A stretch of 64,000 nucleotides of DNA from Candidatus Heimdallarchaeota archaeon (GCA_046761065.1 JBHIFL010000007.1:1-64000); one strand, 5' to 3'. Counted from the stretch's first letter, positions 20,739 through 31,441 are shown. A program made the numbers and translations. Notes: generated by a model from the letters alone, not told the origin.

Positions 20739-22118
20739 ATGGAAAAAAAGTTTTTAACCCTGCTTTGTCTTATTTTGTTGTTTGGAGCCAGTAGCTTCTC
20801 CAAGGCGACTTATACAGGGAGTGAGAAAGCAGTTACAAAGAGTACCCTTTTGTTACAGAACCTTGAACGCCAACAAGCCAACCCAATGCATACTGTCTCA
20901 GAGGAGACCATTCAGTGGACAAACACCTATGGCGGTACTGAGGATGATACAGCATTGTCAATAATTCAAACGTCCAATGGCGGCTATGTTTTTGCCGGAT
21001 CCACTGGCTCATGGCCTAATGATAATGCTTGGCTTGTAAAGATTGACACTTATGGAAATGTGCAGTGGACCCAAATTTATAACTTCTCTTCTGTAAATGC
21101 AGTTATCCCGACAGCCGATGGTGGCTATGCACTCGCTGGAATCCAGGGTGGGACTCTCGGATCCCCCAGTGACGCGTGGTTAGTGAAAACTGATGATCAC
21201 GGAGTGGTCCAGTGGAATCAGACCTATGATTGGAAGGATCATGATGAAGCAGAGTCATTAATTCAAACGAATGATGAAGGGTTTATACTGGGTGGCTCCA
21301 GTTCTGACTTTGATGGAGATTGGAATGGCTGGCTAGTGAAGATGGATATCAATGGGAAACTCTTGTGGAATCAGACCTACGGAGGATTATCTCACGATTA
21401 TATTCATGTGATCATTCAAACAGTGGATGGAGGGTTTGCTTTTGCTGGAGACACAAGGTCCTACGGGGCGAGTATTATAGATGGCTGGCTAGTGGTAACC
21501 AATGCCCACGGTGAGATGAAGTGGAATCGAACTTATGGTGGTCCAGGTTTCGATAGGGTTTATTCAATGTTACAGATGGTAGATGGGGGTTTTGCACTTG
21601 TGGGGACGACTTCATCCTATGGAGCAGGAGAATATGACGCATGGCTAGTGAAAACCGATAGTAATGGAACCATAGAGTGGATACGGACCTATGGAGGGCC
21701 TTTTCACGATAATGCATACTCAGGAATCATGACAGCCGACAGTGGTTTCGCGCTAGGGGGAGCAACTAACTCATATAGAGTTAACTCAGTAACATTGGAT
21801 TTCTGGTTGGTAAAACTCGATATTAATGGGGTTCTCCAGTGGAATCAGACATACGGCGGCGAGCAAGATGAGGAATGCAAATCCGTTATTCAGACCGCTG
21901 ATGGTGGGTTTATACTCGCCGGACGGACTCGTTCCTTCGGAGCAGGCGGGTGGGATGCCTGGCTAATAAAAACAGACGCTTGGGGGGTCGCGCCGGATAT
22001 ATACATTCCGCAACGCGATTGGTTTGTGATTGGATTACTGGGTAGTCTTGCTCTTGCTGCTATTATGGTGATAGTCCTTTATGTTCGGGGGTATTGGAGA
22101 TTACGAAAATGGCCCTAA
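20739..22118 (+). CDS. Membrane-anchored surface protein with seven ~52-aa repeats (probable beta-propeller)
   Basis: Signal peptide; 7 copies of W..TYGG...D...SIIQT.DGG..LAG...D.WLVKTD..G; C-terminal TM and basic tail. Confidence 0.85.
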   Translation: MEKKFLTLLCLILLFGASSFSKATYTGSEKAVTKSTLLLQNLERQQANPMHTVSEETIQWTNTYGGTEDDTALSIIQTSNGGYVFAGSTGSWPNDNAWLVKIDTYGNVQWTQIYNFSSVNAVIPTADGGYALAGIQGGTLGSPSDAWLVKTDDHGVVQWNQTYDWKDHDEAESLIQTNDEGFILGGSSSDFDGDWNGWLVKMDINGKLLWNQTYGGLSHDYIHVIIQTVDGGFAFAGDTRSYGASIIDGWLVVTNAHGEMKWNRTYGGPGFDRVYSMLQMVDGGFALVGTTSSYGAGEYDAWLVKTDSNGTIEWIRTYGGPFHDNAYSGIMTADSGFALGGATNSYRVNSVTLDFWLVKLDINGVLQWNQTYGGEQDEECKSVIQTADGGFILAGRTRSFGAGGWDAWLIKTDAWGVAPDIYIPQRDWFVIGLLGSLALAAIMVIVLYVRGYWRLRKWP

Positions 22119-22236
22119 TGCCCTATAAGTTTACAAATTTGGCTTTGTTAAAAATCAAGACATTTTACTCATGTATTAATAATTTATATTATTTAACCTG
22201 TACGTAAAACATAAAAAATACTAGAAGGACCTTTTA

Positions 22237-23331
22237 TCAAGTTATTAAACGCCCATATTTGTTCAAAACTTCTCTAAGGCGATTATGAGGAAGGCTGATC
22301 ACTTTGTTACCATCACGACCAATCATGGTTTCTGCCGCACACAATGCATTCACAATCGCTTCTTCAGTAGCCTGAATGGTTGCTTCAAATACAGAATCCA
22401 TTTGTTCGTTCGGAAACATTGTCAGTTGAGCAATTCCCGATGGGTTTGCAGCTCCACGATTGGCAGTGGAAAAGGCAAGAAAAATGTCTCCGGAGAAGTT
22501 ACTGGAAATACTACCAACTTTTCCAAGTCCTAAAGAAGCTCGGTGTGCCAATCGTGTTAATTGATGTGGCAAAAGAGGGGTATCCGTTGCAATGACGATG
22601 ATGATTGAATTTTTGACCTTGGAACGAATTAAATGATTCTGAATTTCAAGCCCTACTGGAACTCCGGCGATTTGAAGGTGATCCCGACGTCCAAAATTCG
22701 CTTGGACAAGTACCCCTAATATAAACTCACCCAGAGTTGTCTGGACTTTTCTGGAAGCCGTTCCAATTCCTCCTTTAAATTCAAAGCAGATCATCCCGGT
22801 CCCACTTCCCACACTCCCTTCGAGCACTGAGCCGGAACTAGCATTCTCGATCGCCTTAAAGACATGCTTTTTCTTGATGTGAAATCCGTTGATGTCATTT
22901 AGGAACCCATCATAAGTTTCTGCGACGACGGGCAACGACCATAATTGGCTCATGGGACCCTGCTTCACGTGCCATTCAATTACACTATCTCGAACGATTC
23001 CGACACTGTGAGTATTAGTCAACATAATTGGACCTTCCAAAAAACCAGACTCTTCAACCCAGGTGGTCCCAGTCATCTCCCCATTCCCGTTCAAAGAGAA
23101 CCACCCAGCAAACACACATTCAGTCGCTTTTTTTCCACGTGGAAAAATTGCTGTGACTCCTGTTCGGATCGGTCCTTTTCCTACGATCAATTTCCCCTCC
23201 CCAGAGATGAGCGTAGTATGACCAACCTCTACTCCTTGGACATCCGTTATGGCATTTAGTGGCCCAGGAGATCCTTCAAAAGGGATGCCTAAATCACGCG
23301 CCCTCGGTTTTTTCATCACATTATTTTGCAT
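22237..23331 (-). CDS. dmpA: DmpA/BapA family (S58/P1) self-processing aminopeptidase
   Basis: RARDLGI, NAITDV.GV.VGH, NGNGEMTG, ETYDGFLNDI, GTGM..FKGGIGTASR, N|SIIIVIATD cleavage site, SGDIFLAFST. Start moved to ATG 23331 (SD GGGGTG). Confidence 0.93.
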   Translation of the reverse strand: MQNNVMKKPRARDLGIPFEGSPGPLNAITDVQGVEVGHTTLISGEGKLIVGKGPIRTGVTAIFPRGKKATECVFAGWFSLNGNGEMTGTTWVEESGFLEGPIMLTNTHSVGIVRDSVIEWHVKQGPMSQLWSLPVVAETYDGFLNDINGFHIKKKHVFKAIENASSGSVLEGSVGSGTGMICFEFKGGIGTASRKVQTTLGEFILGVLVQANFGRRDHLQIAGVPVGLEIQNHLIRSKVKNSIIIVIATDTPLLPHQLTRLAHRASLGLGKVGSISSNFSGDIFLAFSTANRGAANPSGIAQLTMFPNEQMDSVFEATIQATEEAIVNALCAAETMIGRDGNKVISLPHNRLREVLNKYGRLIT

Positions 23332-23610
23332 TTTTACCACCCCAAATTCAAGCTTTTTATCAATTGTACGGTATGTGAAATGACATTTTGATCTGCTATT
23401 AAAATTCGTATTTGTCAAATTATTGCCTTTCTCAATGGATTCCCGTTTCCTTAAAGAAATAGGTTGAGTGTTCAGATAGGGATTCCAGAAAATAGGAAAA
23501 ATAGAGATACAAGTCAAATTCTTGTATAACCATCGAAACCCAAATTAATTTATAATGTCCCATAATGGGAATTATTAGCTGTTAAATTTCCGCGAAAGAA
23601 CCATTGGTGA

Positions 23611-24861
23611 GTGATAATGAAAATCTTGGTACTTGGCGCAGCCGGAAAGATTGGTTCAGCTCTGCTTAAAGATCTGATCCGAAGTGAAGGGGTATCTGAA
23701 ATTGTAGCGGCTGATCTAAAAATTCAAGGATTGGAAAAACTTGTTAGAGATCTAGGAAACGAAAAAGTCCAGACAGCACAGGTGAACGCTGCAAATAAAG
23801 CACAACTGGTTGAATTAATGCGAGATGGCATTGATGTGGTGGCTAGTGCTGTTTTATCATCTTATCAAAACACTGCCACCCGTGCTGCTATTACGGCGGG
23901 TGTTCATTTTTGCGATGTAGGTCAACCATATGAAGTGTTCAAACTTAATGAGGAAGCTACGACAGCTGATGTCACTGTGGTCCCAAGTTGTGGACTAGAT
24001 CCTGGAATTGACCGGGTCTGCCGTGGATACGCTATAGGTCGTCTAGACAAAGTTTTTGGTCTCTATTTATGGTGCGGGGGCATTCCTCCACCAGAACAAA
24101 AGGATGACAACCCGATAAATTATAAAATAAGCTGGGCTTGGTTTAGAGCTGTATCCACCTACCTCGGGGAAGCGGAAATCATTCGAGATGGGAAGGTTGT
24201 TAAAGTTCCCAAACTGGAAAATCCCCAGACCATTATATTTCCGGAACCCATTGGCGAGTGCGAAGCATTTATGTCAAGAGCTCCGTTTGATCTGATTGAG
24301 CAACTTAACTTGACGGACATACGTGAAGCATACGATACCTCTATCAGATGGAAAGGACACTGCGAGATCTGGAAAAAACTCATTGGATTACACCTCACAG
24401 ACTTTGAACCATTGCCAGTTAACATGCGGATACAGCTAGCCCCTCCAGGGTCCCCCCATAAATTCGATACGGAGTATCTCGAACCACCTATCGAAATTAG
24501 CCCATTTGAGTTCTTAAGCGCTTTGGGTGAGAAATATCTTCATTACGATCTTGAGAAGGGAGAAGGTGATCTTGTTTTATTACGGTCAAAGGTTACAGGC
24601 GAGAAAAACGGAGAACCAATGATGATAAGTCATGAACTCATTGAAAACTACGACCCTGAGACTGGCGTAACAGCAATGGGGCGGACCACAGCCTATCCAT
24701 GCTCAATCGTTGCCCAGATGATCGCAAAAGGCGATATAACAGAGCGAGGAGTTGTGCATTGCGGTAAGATTGGTCGGAATCCCAAAACAGCTGAGATCTA
24801 CTTTCAAGAACTAGCCAAGAGGAACATCAATCTCACGGAAACTGTGAGTAGAGCTCTGTAA
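23611..24861 (+). CDS. Saccharopine dehydrogenase / lysine 6-dehydrogenase family
   Basis: VLGAAGKIG Rossmann motif, CGLDPG, WCGGIP, NYKISW, TAMGRTTAYP. Confidence 0.9.
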   Translation: MIMKILVLGAAGKIGSALLKDLIRSEGVSEIVAADLKIQGLEKLVRDLGNEKVQTAQVNAANKAQLVELMRDGIDVVASAVLSSYQNTATRAAITAGVHFCDVGQPYEVFKLNEEATTADVTVVPSCGLDPGIDRVCRGYAIGRLDKVFGLYLWCGGIPPPEQKDDNPINYKISWAWFRAVSTYLGEAEIIRDGKVVKVPKLENPQTIIFPEPIGECEAFMSRAPFDLIEQLNLTDIREAYDTSIRWKGHCEIWKKLIGLHLTDFEPLPVNMRIQLAPPGSPHKFDTEYLEPPIEISPFEFLSALGEKYLHYDLEKGEGDLVLLRSKVTGEKNGEPMMISHELIENYDPETGVTAMGRTTAYPCSIVAQMIAKGDITERGVVHCGKIGRNPKTAEIYFQELAKRNINLTETVSRAL

Positions 24862-25285
24862 TGTGGGGGATCGTGACAATCCGCCACAGCCAACTCTTAC
24901 TTTTTTGGATAACGTGATATCCCATTGAGAGAATAGATAATACCCTTTCTTAAACCTTAAAAGTTGCGGTTTCTTCTTTAAATAATGTTAAGGCAGGATC
25001 AGAGTATATTTTGTATTATGTTGTTTTATTATTTATTTAGCTTGATTTAGAAGCAAGTATCAGTAAAGAATGTTATTTTTAACCAAGATAGAACTTTTAA
25101 TTTGTTATAAAAAATAAGAAAATGTGAAAGACCGTTTAATCATGATTTAGGAGAGTTCATAACACTTTGAGGGCATCTGGGTCTTAAGAAAGCGAAACTA
25201 GGCTTCTGTAATCATATATCAATCCCAAAATATATTTCATGGAAAAATTATTCAGAAATCATAGGACTCCATGTGATGAAAAAAT

Positions 25286-26737
25286 ATGAACAAAAAAGGG
25301 CTGAATCTGCTCTTCTTGGTTCTGCTTCTTGGGGTTATTGGTCTACCCTACACTAATGATGTAGCAATAGATCAGAGAGTCGCTAGAAATGTGATCCTTC
25401 TGCAAAGCCAAGACCAATCACAAATCAGGTCTCAACTAGCTACTGTTGGGGACGATATGCAGTGGAATCGGATTTATGGTGGCGATGATGATGATTGGGC
25501 ATCCTCAGTCATCGAGACGGTGGATGGAGGGTTTATTTTCACAGGAGCCACTGCTTCTTTCGGAAAGGGTATTAACTACGACAGTTGGCTAGTGAAGACG
25601 GATGCATATGGCGTGATCGAATGGAATCAGACCTACGGTAGTTTGGGTGATGATTTAACATACTCAGTCATCCAAACGTCAGATGGCGGATATGCACTTG
25701 CCGGGTGGACTGGTATCCCGATGGCTGGGGGGGACAGTTGGCTAGTAAAGACCGATGCGTATGGTGTAATGGAGTGGGATCAGACATATGGCAATGAATG
25801 GTATACAATTTCAAAATCGATAATCCAAACTGCCGATGGCGGATATATGCTTGCTGGATATATTCTTTCCTTAGAAACAAATAATTATGATGCTTGGCTG
25901 ATGAAGACCGATGCAAACGGCGACATACAATGGAAACTTACTTATGGTGGACCAGGAACCGATAAGTTTTTCTCTGTCATCCAGACGGATGATAGTGGAT
26001 ATGCCTTCGCTGGATACACCACTTCGTTCGGGATGGGTGAAGAGGACTTCTGGTTAGTAAAGACTGATGCTAGAGGAGTGGTAGAGTGGACACAAACCTA
26101 TGGTGATGCCGGAGAGGAACAGGCATATGGAATAACCCAAACAACAGATGGTGGATTTGCAATCATTGGTCATACTACTTCCTTCGATGCGGTTGTTAGT
26201 GATGTGTGGTTGGTAAATACTGATGCACACGGAGTGATGAAGTGGAATAAGCTCTATGGTGATTCTTTACTTGAGTGGGATAAACTCTACGGCGGTTCTT
26301 CGTGGGATGAGGCATATTCAATTATCCAAACAGCAGAAGGCGGGTTTATCCTCGCTGGACAAACTCACTCGTTCGAGGGTCATAAAGATGCTTGGTTGGT
26401 GAAGCTCGACACCTATGGGGTGATGGAGTGGAACAAGGTCGTAGGTGGTTCGGAGGATGATATTGCAAATAAAGTCATTCAAGTAACAGATGGTAGTTAT
26501 GTTCTCGCAGGATCGACCTTTTCATTTGGGGCAGGTGGAAGGGATGCTTGGCTTGTGAAAATAGGCCCACCCAGTATCGCGTCTTCTACTCGTTTTATTT
26601 ATAATATGGCTGTATTCATTCTATTTGCATCTTTTACAATTATAAGACTTTGGAAAAAAGCTCCGTATATATATGGATTAATTATGCTTACAGCTGCAAC
26701 GATAGCCATCTTGAAACTTTGGAAAAAAAGGCTATGA
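25286..26737 (+). CDS. Membrane-anchored seven-repeat surface protein, paralog of 20739..22118
   Basis: Same repeat unit (W..TYG..IQT.DGG..WLVKTD..G) seven times; signal peptide; two C-terminal hydrophobic segments. Confidence 0.85.
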   Translation: MNKKGLNLLFLVLLLGVIGLPYTNDVAIDQRVARNVILLQSQDQSQIRSQLATVGDDMQWNRIYGGDDDDWASSVIETVDGGFIFTGATASFGKGINYDSWLVKTDAYGVIEWNQTYGSLGDDLTYSVIQTSDGGYALAGWTGIPMAGGDSWLVKTDAYGVMEWDQTYGNEWYTISKSIIQTADGGYMLAGYILSLETNNYDAWLMKTDANGDIQWKLTYGGPGTDKFFSVIQTDDSGYAFAGYTTSFGMGEEDFWLVKTDARGVVEWTQTYGDAGEEQAYGITQTTDGGFAIIGHTTSFDAVVSDVWLVNTDAHGVMKWNKLYGDSLLEWDKLYGGSSWDEAYSIIQTAEGGFILAGQTHSFEGHKDAWLVKLDTYGVMEWNKVVGGSEDDIANKVIQVTDGSYVLAGSTFSFGAGGRDAWLVKIGPPSIASSTRFIYNMAVFILFASFTIIRLWKKAPYIYGLIMLTAATIAILKLWKKRL

Positions 26738-26838
26738 AGCCCAAGTTCTCAGATATCCCGTGGTTACTCATTTTTTGACCATTATTTGATTGAAATTTAT
26801 TATAAAATTAATGATCACCAAATAGCAGCTAGAGCTTT

Positions 26839-27822
26839 TTAAGAAGAACTTCCCCATGAGTCCACATAGAGCCAGCAATGCACTATATGATGAGAATTCA
26901 CTTGGATGGGCTCAGGAACTTTCTTCGAGCACACTTCCATTGCACGAGGACAACGTGGGTGAAATCTACAGCCAGAGGGCGGATTGACTAGATCGGGAGG
27001 CGTCCCAGGAATGGACTGAAGATCCATGGATTTAGCTAGAATGTTCGGGATTGAGGTTAAAAGTCCTTGAGTATAGGGATGCAGAGGTTCTCCATATAAA
27101 GTTGTGGCATCGGCCTCTTCTGCGATTTTCCCGGCATACATTACAGCAATTCTGTCAGTCAATTCAGCTACGACGCTTAAATCATGGGTTATCAAAATGA
27201 ATGAAAGATTGAGTTGGTCCTTCAGGTCTCGTAACAAGTCAAGGATGTGTGCTTGGACGATCACATCAAGGGCAGTGGTTGGTTCGTCGGCAATGATTAA
27301 ATCGGGATTTAACACCAAAGCTAAAGCGATCATAATTCGCTGTTTCATGCCCCCACTGAATTGATGTGGGTAATCTGTGAGCCGTTCCTCCGCGATACCA
27401 AGTGTTTCCAAAATTTTTTTGGTCCGATCAAGGGCAACCGCTTCTTGAATCTCTTCATGCGACAAGATTGTTTCGAGGAGGTGTTTGTCTACCCTCATCA
27501 CAGGATTTAGGGATGTCAGAGGGTCTTGGAAAATCATGGCAATACGGGTCCCTCTAATCTTTCTCATGTCTTCTTCACTTTTCTCTAACAGATTTTCACC
27601 ATCTAGAAGGATTTTCCCGCTAACAATCTTCCCCGGATCGGGGACGAGTCGGATAATTGAAAATCCAAGCGTGGATTTACCACAACCGGACTCGCCAACA
27701 AGCCCGAGGGCTTCACCATGGCCCAACTGTAAGCTCACATTATCTACCGCTCTTACCATGTCTCCGCTTGGTAGAAGAAAGAAGGTCTGCAGATTCTTTA
27801 TTTCGAGTAATGGTCTGGGCAT
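26839..27822 (-). CDS. dppD: Dipeptide/oligopeptide ABC transporter ATPase
   Basis: GESGCGKS, FQDPLTSLNP, YPHQFSGGMKQR, ADEPTTALD, HPYT, C-terminal GCRFHPRC..C..C. Confidence 0.95.
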   Translation of the reverse strand: MPRPLLEIKNLQTFFLLPSGDMVRAVDNVSLQLGHGEALGLVGESGCGKSTLGFSIIRLVPDPGKIVSGKILLDGENLLEKSEEDMRKIRGTRIAMIFQDPLTSLNPVMRVDKHLLETILSHEEIQEAVALDRTKKILETLGIAEERLTDYPHQFSGGMKQRIMIALALVLNPDLIIADEPTTALDVIVQAHILDLLRDLKDQLNLSFILITHDLSVVAELTDRIAVMYAGKIAEEADATTLYGEPLHPYTQGLLTSIPNILAKSMDLQSIPGTPPDLVNPPSGCRFHPRCPRAMEVCSKKVPEPIQVNSHHIVHCWLYVDSWGSSS

Positions 27823-27848
27823 TTCTACTACGCATCTCCTTCTGGGAG

Positions 27849-29033
27849 TTAGAAACGGATTTCACCGGCCCTGTGACACGCAATTTTGCGCCCTTGGAAT
27901 TTACGTAATGTGGGAACTTCCTGCGAGCAAATATCTACAACGAAAGGACAACGAGGATGATATCTACAGCCGCTGGGGGGATCTATAGCACTAGGTATTT
28001 CGCCTTTGGGTAATTTTTTCTTTCTTTTTGCGGTTGGATCAGGGACTGGGACTGCGGACAACAACGCAACTGTATAAGGGTGTAGTGGATCCTCGAAGAT
28101 GGTTTTAACCGGACCTTGCTCGACAATATGGCCGAGATACATGATTCCAATCCGGTCACAAACATATTTGGCTGTGGCCAGGTCGTGTGTAATGTAAAGA
28201 TATGTAAGGTCAAACTCGTCTTTCAGGTCGGCCATTAGCCGGAGGATCTCGATGCGAATCGATACATCCAACATCGAGATTGGCTCATCTGCCACGATGA
28301 ATTCTGGCCCTAAGATTAGCGCCCTGGCAATAGCCACTCGCTGCCTTTGCCCCCCACTAAGCTCGTGCGGGTACTTCTCATAAAAGGACTCAGGAGGGGT
28401 TAACCCCACTCGTTCTAGCATGTTGAGTACTCGCTCATTCTTGGGGACTTTCTCTCGCTGTCGGAGAAAGTAACCTAGTGAAATAACGATAAGAAAGAAG
28501 CCAACAATGAATGAATACACGGTATTGGCAAGTCCTAGACCCCCAATTAGACTAAGTAAGGCTGCTGCGAAAGCACACAAAGATAACAACCACACAGACC
28601 GGTCGTATTTTTGAACAATTTCTTTTTCGTGAGCGTTTTTGTATAACTGATGAATCTTGATGGCATGCTCGATGATTTGGCCGATCTTCATGCGTGGGTT
28701 CAACGAAGCATAGGGATCCTGAAAGATAATTTGCATGTATCGCCGGAGCAGGCGGGATTCTTTTTTAGAGAGATGCGTAATATCTGAATTTTTAAATAAA
28801 ACGCGGCCATCCGTCGGTTCATAAAGACCAATGATGAGTTTCCCCGCAGTGGTCTTTCCACACCCACTCTCCCCCGCCAAACCAAAAATTTCCCCCTTTC
28901 TTATTTCTAGGTCGATGCCATCAACTGCTTGAACAAACTCCTTCCTGCCCGTGAAAAGGCGCTCCAGAAAAGATTTCTGAACTAAGAAGTGCTTCTTTAA
29001 CCCCTTGACACTAATAAGTATATCACCATCCAT
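27849..29033 (-). CDS. dppF: Dipeptide/oligopeptide ABC transporter ATPase with internal hydrophobic hairpin insert
   Basis: GESGCGKT, FQDPYASLNPR, YPHELSGGQRQR, ADEPISMLDVSIR, HPYT, GCRYHPRC. About 60 aa inserted, with hydrophobic helices at aa 147-190. Confidence 0.92.
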   Translation of the reverse strand: MDGDILISVKGLKKHFLVQKSFLERLFTGRKEFVQAVDGIDLEIRKGEIFGLAGESGCGKTTAGKLIIGLYEPTDGRVLFKNSDITHLSKKESRLLRRYMQIIFQDPYASLNPRMKIGQIIEHAIKIHQLYKNAHEKEIVQKYDRSVWLLSLCAFAAALLSLIGGLGLANTVYSFIVGFFLIVISLGYFLRQREKVPKNERVLNMLERVGLTPPESFYEKYPHELSGGQRQRVAIARALILGPEFIVADEPISMLDVSIRIEILRLMADLKDEFDLTYLYITHDLATAKYVCDRIGIMYLGHIVEQGPVKTIFEDPLHPYTVALLSAVPVPDPTAKRKKKLPKGEIPSAIDPPSGCRYHPRCPFVVDICSQEVPTLRKFQGRKIACHRAGEIRF

Positions 29034-29101
29034 TTTTTATCCCAAGTCATGATTTTATGGAACAATAATTGTTAACATATTCAATCATGCTCGTTTCCCC
29101 A

Positions 29102-30043
29102 CTATTTCCGTATTTGGGGGCTTAGAATGACACTTAGACCTTCTCCGACCAAACTAAGGCCGATACACAAAATCACTACCATCAACCCCGGAAAGACAAA
29201 GGTCCAGGGATAGCTTGGAAACCAGCGATAGAAGGATTTTTGGAGGTCCCACCCCCAGTCCGGGACATCGGGACCTACACCAAGGCCTAAAAAGGAGAGT
29301 CCTGCCTCCGTAAGAATGGCATCAGCCATGTTGAACGCAAGTACTGCTAGGATTGAAGGAACGATATTGATCGCAACATATCTCACCAGAATTGATGCTT
29401 CACTTGCTCCAATGGCTTTTGCTGCCTCAACATACAGTTCCTCACGCACCTCAAGAGCTTGCCCCCGCATCACCCGGTAGTAGATAGGTATATAGATCAC
29501 GCCGATAGCTACCGCAACATTGCCCGCGCCAGGTCCTAGCACCGCAGTAATTGCTATGGCTAACACGAGTCCAGGAAAGGCATAAAGCGAATCCATAACC
29601 ATAGTAGTCATGCGATCAAAGGTTCCTCCTCGGTATCCAGCGAGAAGACCCAAAGGCACTCCAATTAGGATTGAAAATAGTGATGCTACAAAAGCGACTA
29701 ACAAGGCGATTCGAGCCCCATAGATAACTCGACTCAAGACATCTTGGCCAATATCATCCGTTCCCATAATGTATTCATAGCCTCTAATAGAAGTCTGAAA
29801 TGGAGGCGTAAATCTATCTGCAATTTGCTTCGTACTCTCTATATTAGGGTTATAGGGAGCTAAAAATGGTGCAAAAATTGCAAAAATAAAAAATATCGAA
29901 ACTATAGTTAGACCTAAAATCGTTAATTTCCTTTCCATCCCAGGGGGGAGAGTTCCAAGCAATTGACGGAATATTCCAACCCTTTTCGGTATTTTCTTAA
30001 TTTCAGGGGGGCGATCTTTCTTTAACACAGTCAATCGTTTCAC
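29102..30043 (-). CDS. dppC: Dipeptide/oligopeptide ABC transporter permease
   Basis: APFLAPYNP, MGTDDIGQDVLSRVIYGAR, YVEAAKAIGAS (EAA loop), EAGLSFLGLG..PDWG. Confidence 0.95.
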   Translation of the reverse strand: MKRLTVLKKDRPPEIKKIPKRVGIFRQLLGTLPPGMERKLTILGLTIVSIFFIFAIFAPFLAPYNPNIESTKQIADRFTPPFQTSIRGYEYIMGTDDIGQDVLSRVIYGARIALLVAFVASLFSILIGVPLGLLAGYRGGTFDRMTTMVMDSLYAFPGLVLAIAITAVLGPGAGNVAVAIGVIYIPIYYRVMRGQALEVREELYVEAAKAIGASEASILVRYVAINIVPSILAVLAFNMADAILTEAGLSFLGLGVGPDVPDWGWDLQKSFYRWFPSYPWTFVFPGLMVVILCIGLSLVGEGLSVILSPQIRK

Positions 30044-30052
30044 TTTCCATTA

Positions 30053-31441
30053 TTAATATCTAATTCGTGGATCGAGATATGCATAGAGTAAATCTATGAT
30101 CAAGCTGACTATGGCTACCATAATGGCAAAGAAAGCCGTACCCCCTTGAACTACTGCATAGTCTCGATATTGAATCCCTTCGTAAATATATCTACCTATT
30201 CCAGGCCAATTAAATGTAGTTTCGGTCAGGATAGCCCCTCCCAACAACAAAGCAAATTGCATCCCAGCAACGGTGACAATCGGAATATAGGCGTTCCTCA
30301 ATGCATGACCTCTTACAACCTTCTTCTCGGGGATTCCACGTGCTCTAGCTGCGGTAACAAAATCCATTCGAAGCATCTCCAAAACATTGACACGAGTCAT
30401 TCGACTAAAAAATCCTGACAAGTAAAGCCCCAAGGTAATTGAAGGGAGTGTCAAGTGGGTTAACACGTCTTTGATCCAATATGGATCCCGATTCATCCCT
30501 TCTGGAGGCCATATGATACCTAAAAGGCTATCGAGAAAATATAATCCAGTTCTACGATAGGAGGAAAATTGGTCTTCGGAAGATATGCGGAAGCCCATCG
30601 GAAATTGAACTAGGGGAAAAAGATCTCGCGCCAAGAGCCGTGGATACAGTACTGCCGTGAATAGATATGTCAGGACGATTCCCATCCAAAAATATTTTGA
30701 TGACAACGTATGACCTCGTCGTTCGGCTAGTGCAAAGGCGAGAATAATTCCCAGACAGAATAGAGCTGCTACAAGGTCTAATTTTGCAAGAATTGAAAAT
30801 AAGATATCGTATGCTAACAAAATACCAGTACTTGCAAACGACAACTTCTTTGTGGATCGGTGAAGACCCACTTCTTCGATTAGGGCAAATGACACAATGA
30901 TCCCTAAACAAAAGATAATAGGAGCCGAATTGTATCGAACTGCAAAAGCAAAGATCATCATGATTCCAAACCAGAAGATCGGAATGGAAAAGATCCCGAT
31001 TGCATATACGCGTGCAGCAGCATCCCCGACTGTGTTACGGTGAACTGCCGCAGCCGTTCCCGATCTCACGCCAACTATATAAGCAACGAGCGTTGCGAAA
31101 ATCGCCAATTCCATAGTGGCTGGAAATTTGAAGAAGAGTTCATCCTTAACAAGGAATCCCTTCCTGATCCCCATCGTCTCCCCAAAATCAAACCGTAGCA
31201 TATCATGAATGAACCTAATGTATTGGACCCATATCGGATCATTTAATCCTAGCGCTTCTCTTTCTGCTTGGATTACTTCTTCAGGTGTCCGCAACCCAGC
31301 TAGAGTTCTCACAGGATCCCCAGGGATCACACGAAGAATCAAGAAGACGAATGTGAGAAGAATAAAAATCATGGGAAATACTAAAATCAGCCGGTGGATA
31401 AAATAGGCGCGCAGCGATTTTGTTGATGACAAAATAATCAC
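30053..31441 (-). CDS. dppB: Dipeptide/oligopeptide ABC transporter permease with ~110-aa TM insert
   Basis: IPGDP, LGLNDPIWVQY, FPATMELA, SIPIFW, HLTLP, DFVTAARARG, HALRNA, TETTFNWPGIG, RDY, LDPRIRY. Confidence 0.93.
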   Translation of the reverse strand: MIILSSTKSLRAYFIHRLILVFPMIFILLTFVFLILRVIPGDPVRTLAGLRTPEEVIQAEREALGLNDPIWVQYIRFIHDMLRFDFGETMGIRKGFLVKDELFFKFPATMELAIFATLVAYIVGVRSGTAAAVHRNTVGDAAARVYAIGIFSIPIFWFGIMMIFAFAVRYNSAPIIFCLGIIVSFALIEEVGLHRSTKKLSFASTGILLAYDILFSILAKLDLVAALFCLGIILAFALAERRGHTLSSKYFWMGIVLTYLFTAVLYPRLLARDLFPLVQFPMGFRISSEDQFSSYRRTGLYFLDSLLGIIWPPEGMNRDPYWIKDVLTHLTLPSITLGLYLSGFFSRMTRVNVLEMLRMDFVTAARARGIPEKKVVRGHALRNAYIPIVTVAGMQFALLLGGAILTETTFNWPGIGRYIYEGIQYRDYAVVQGGTAFFAIMVAIVSLIIDLLYAYLDPRIRY

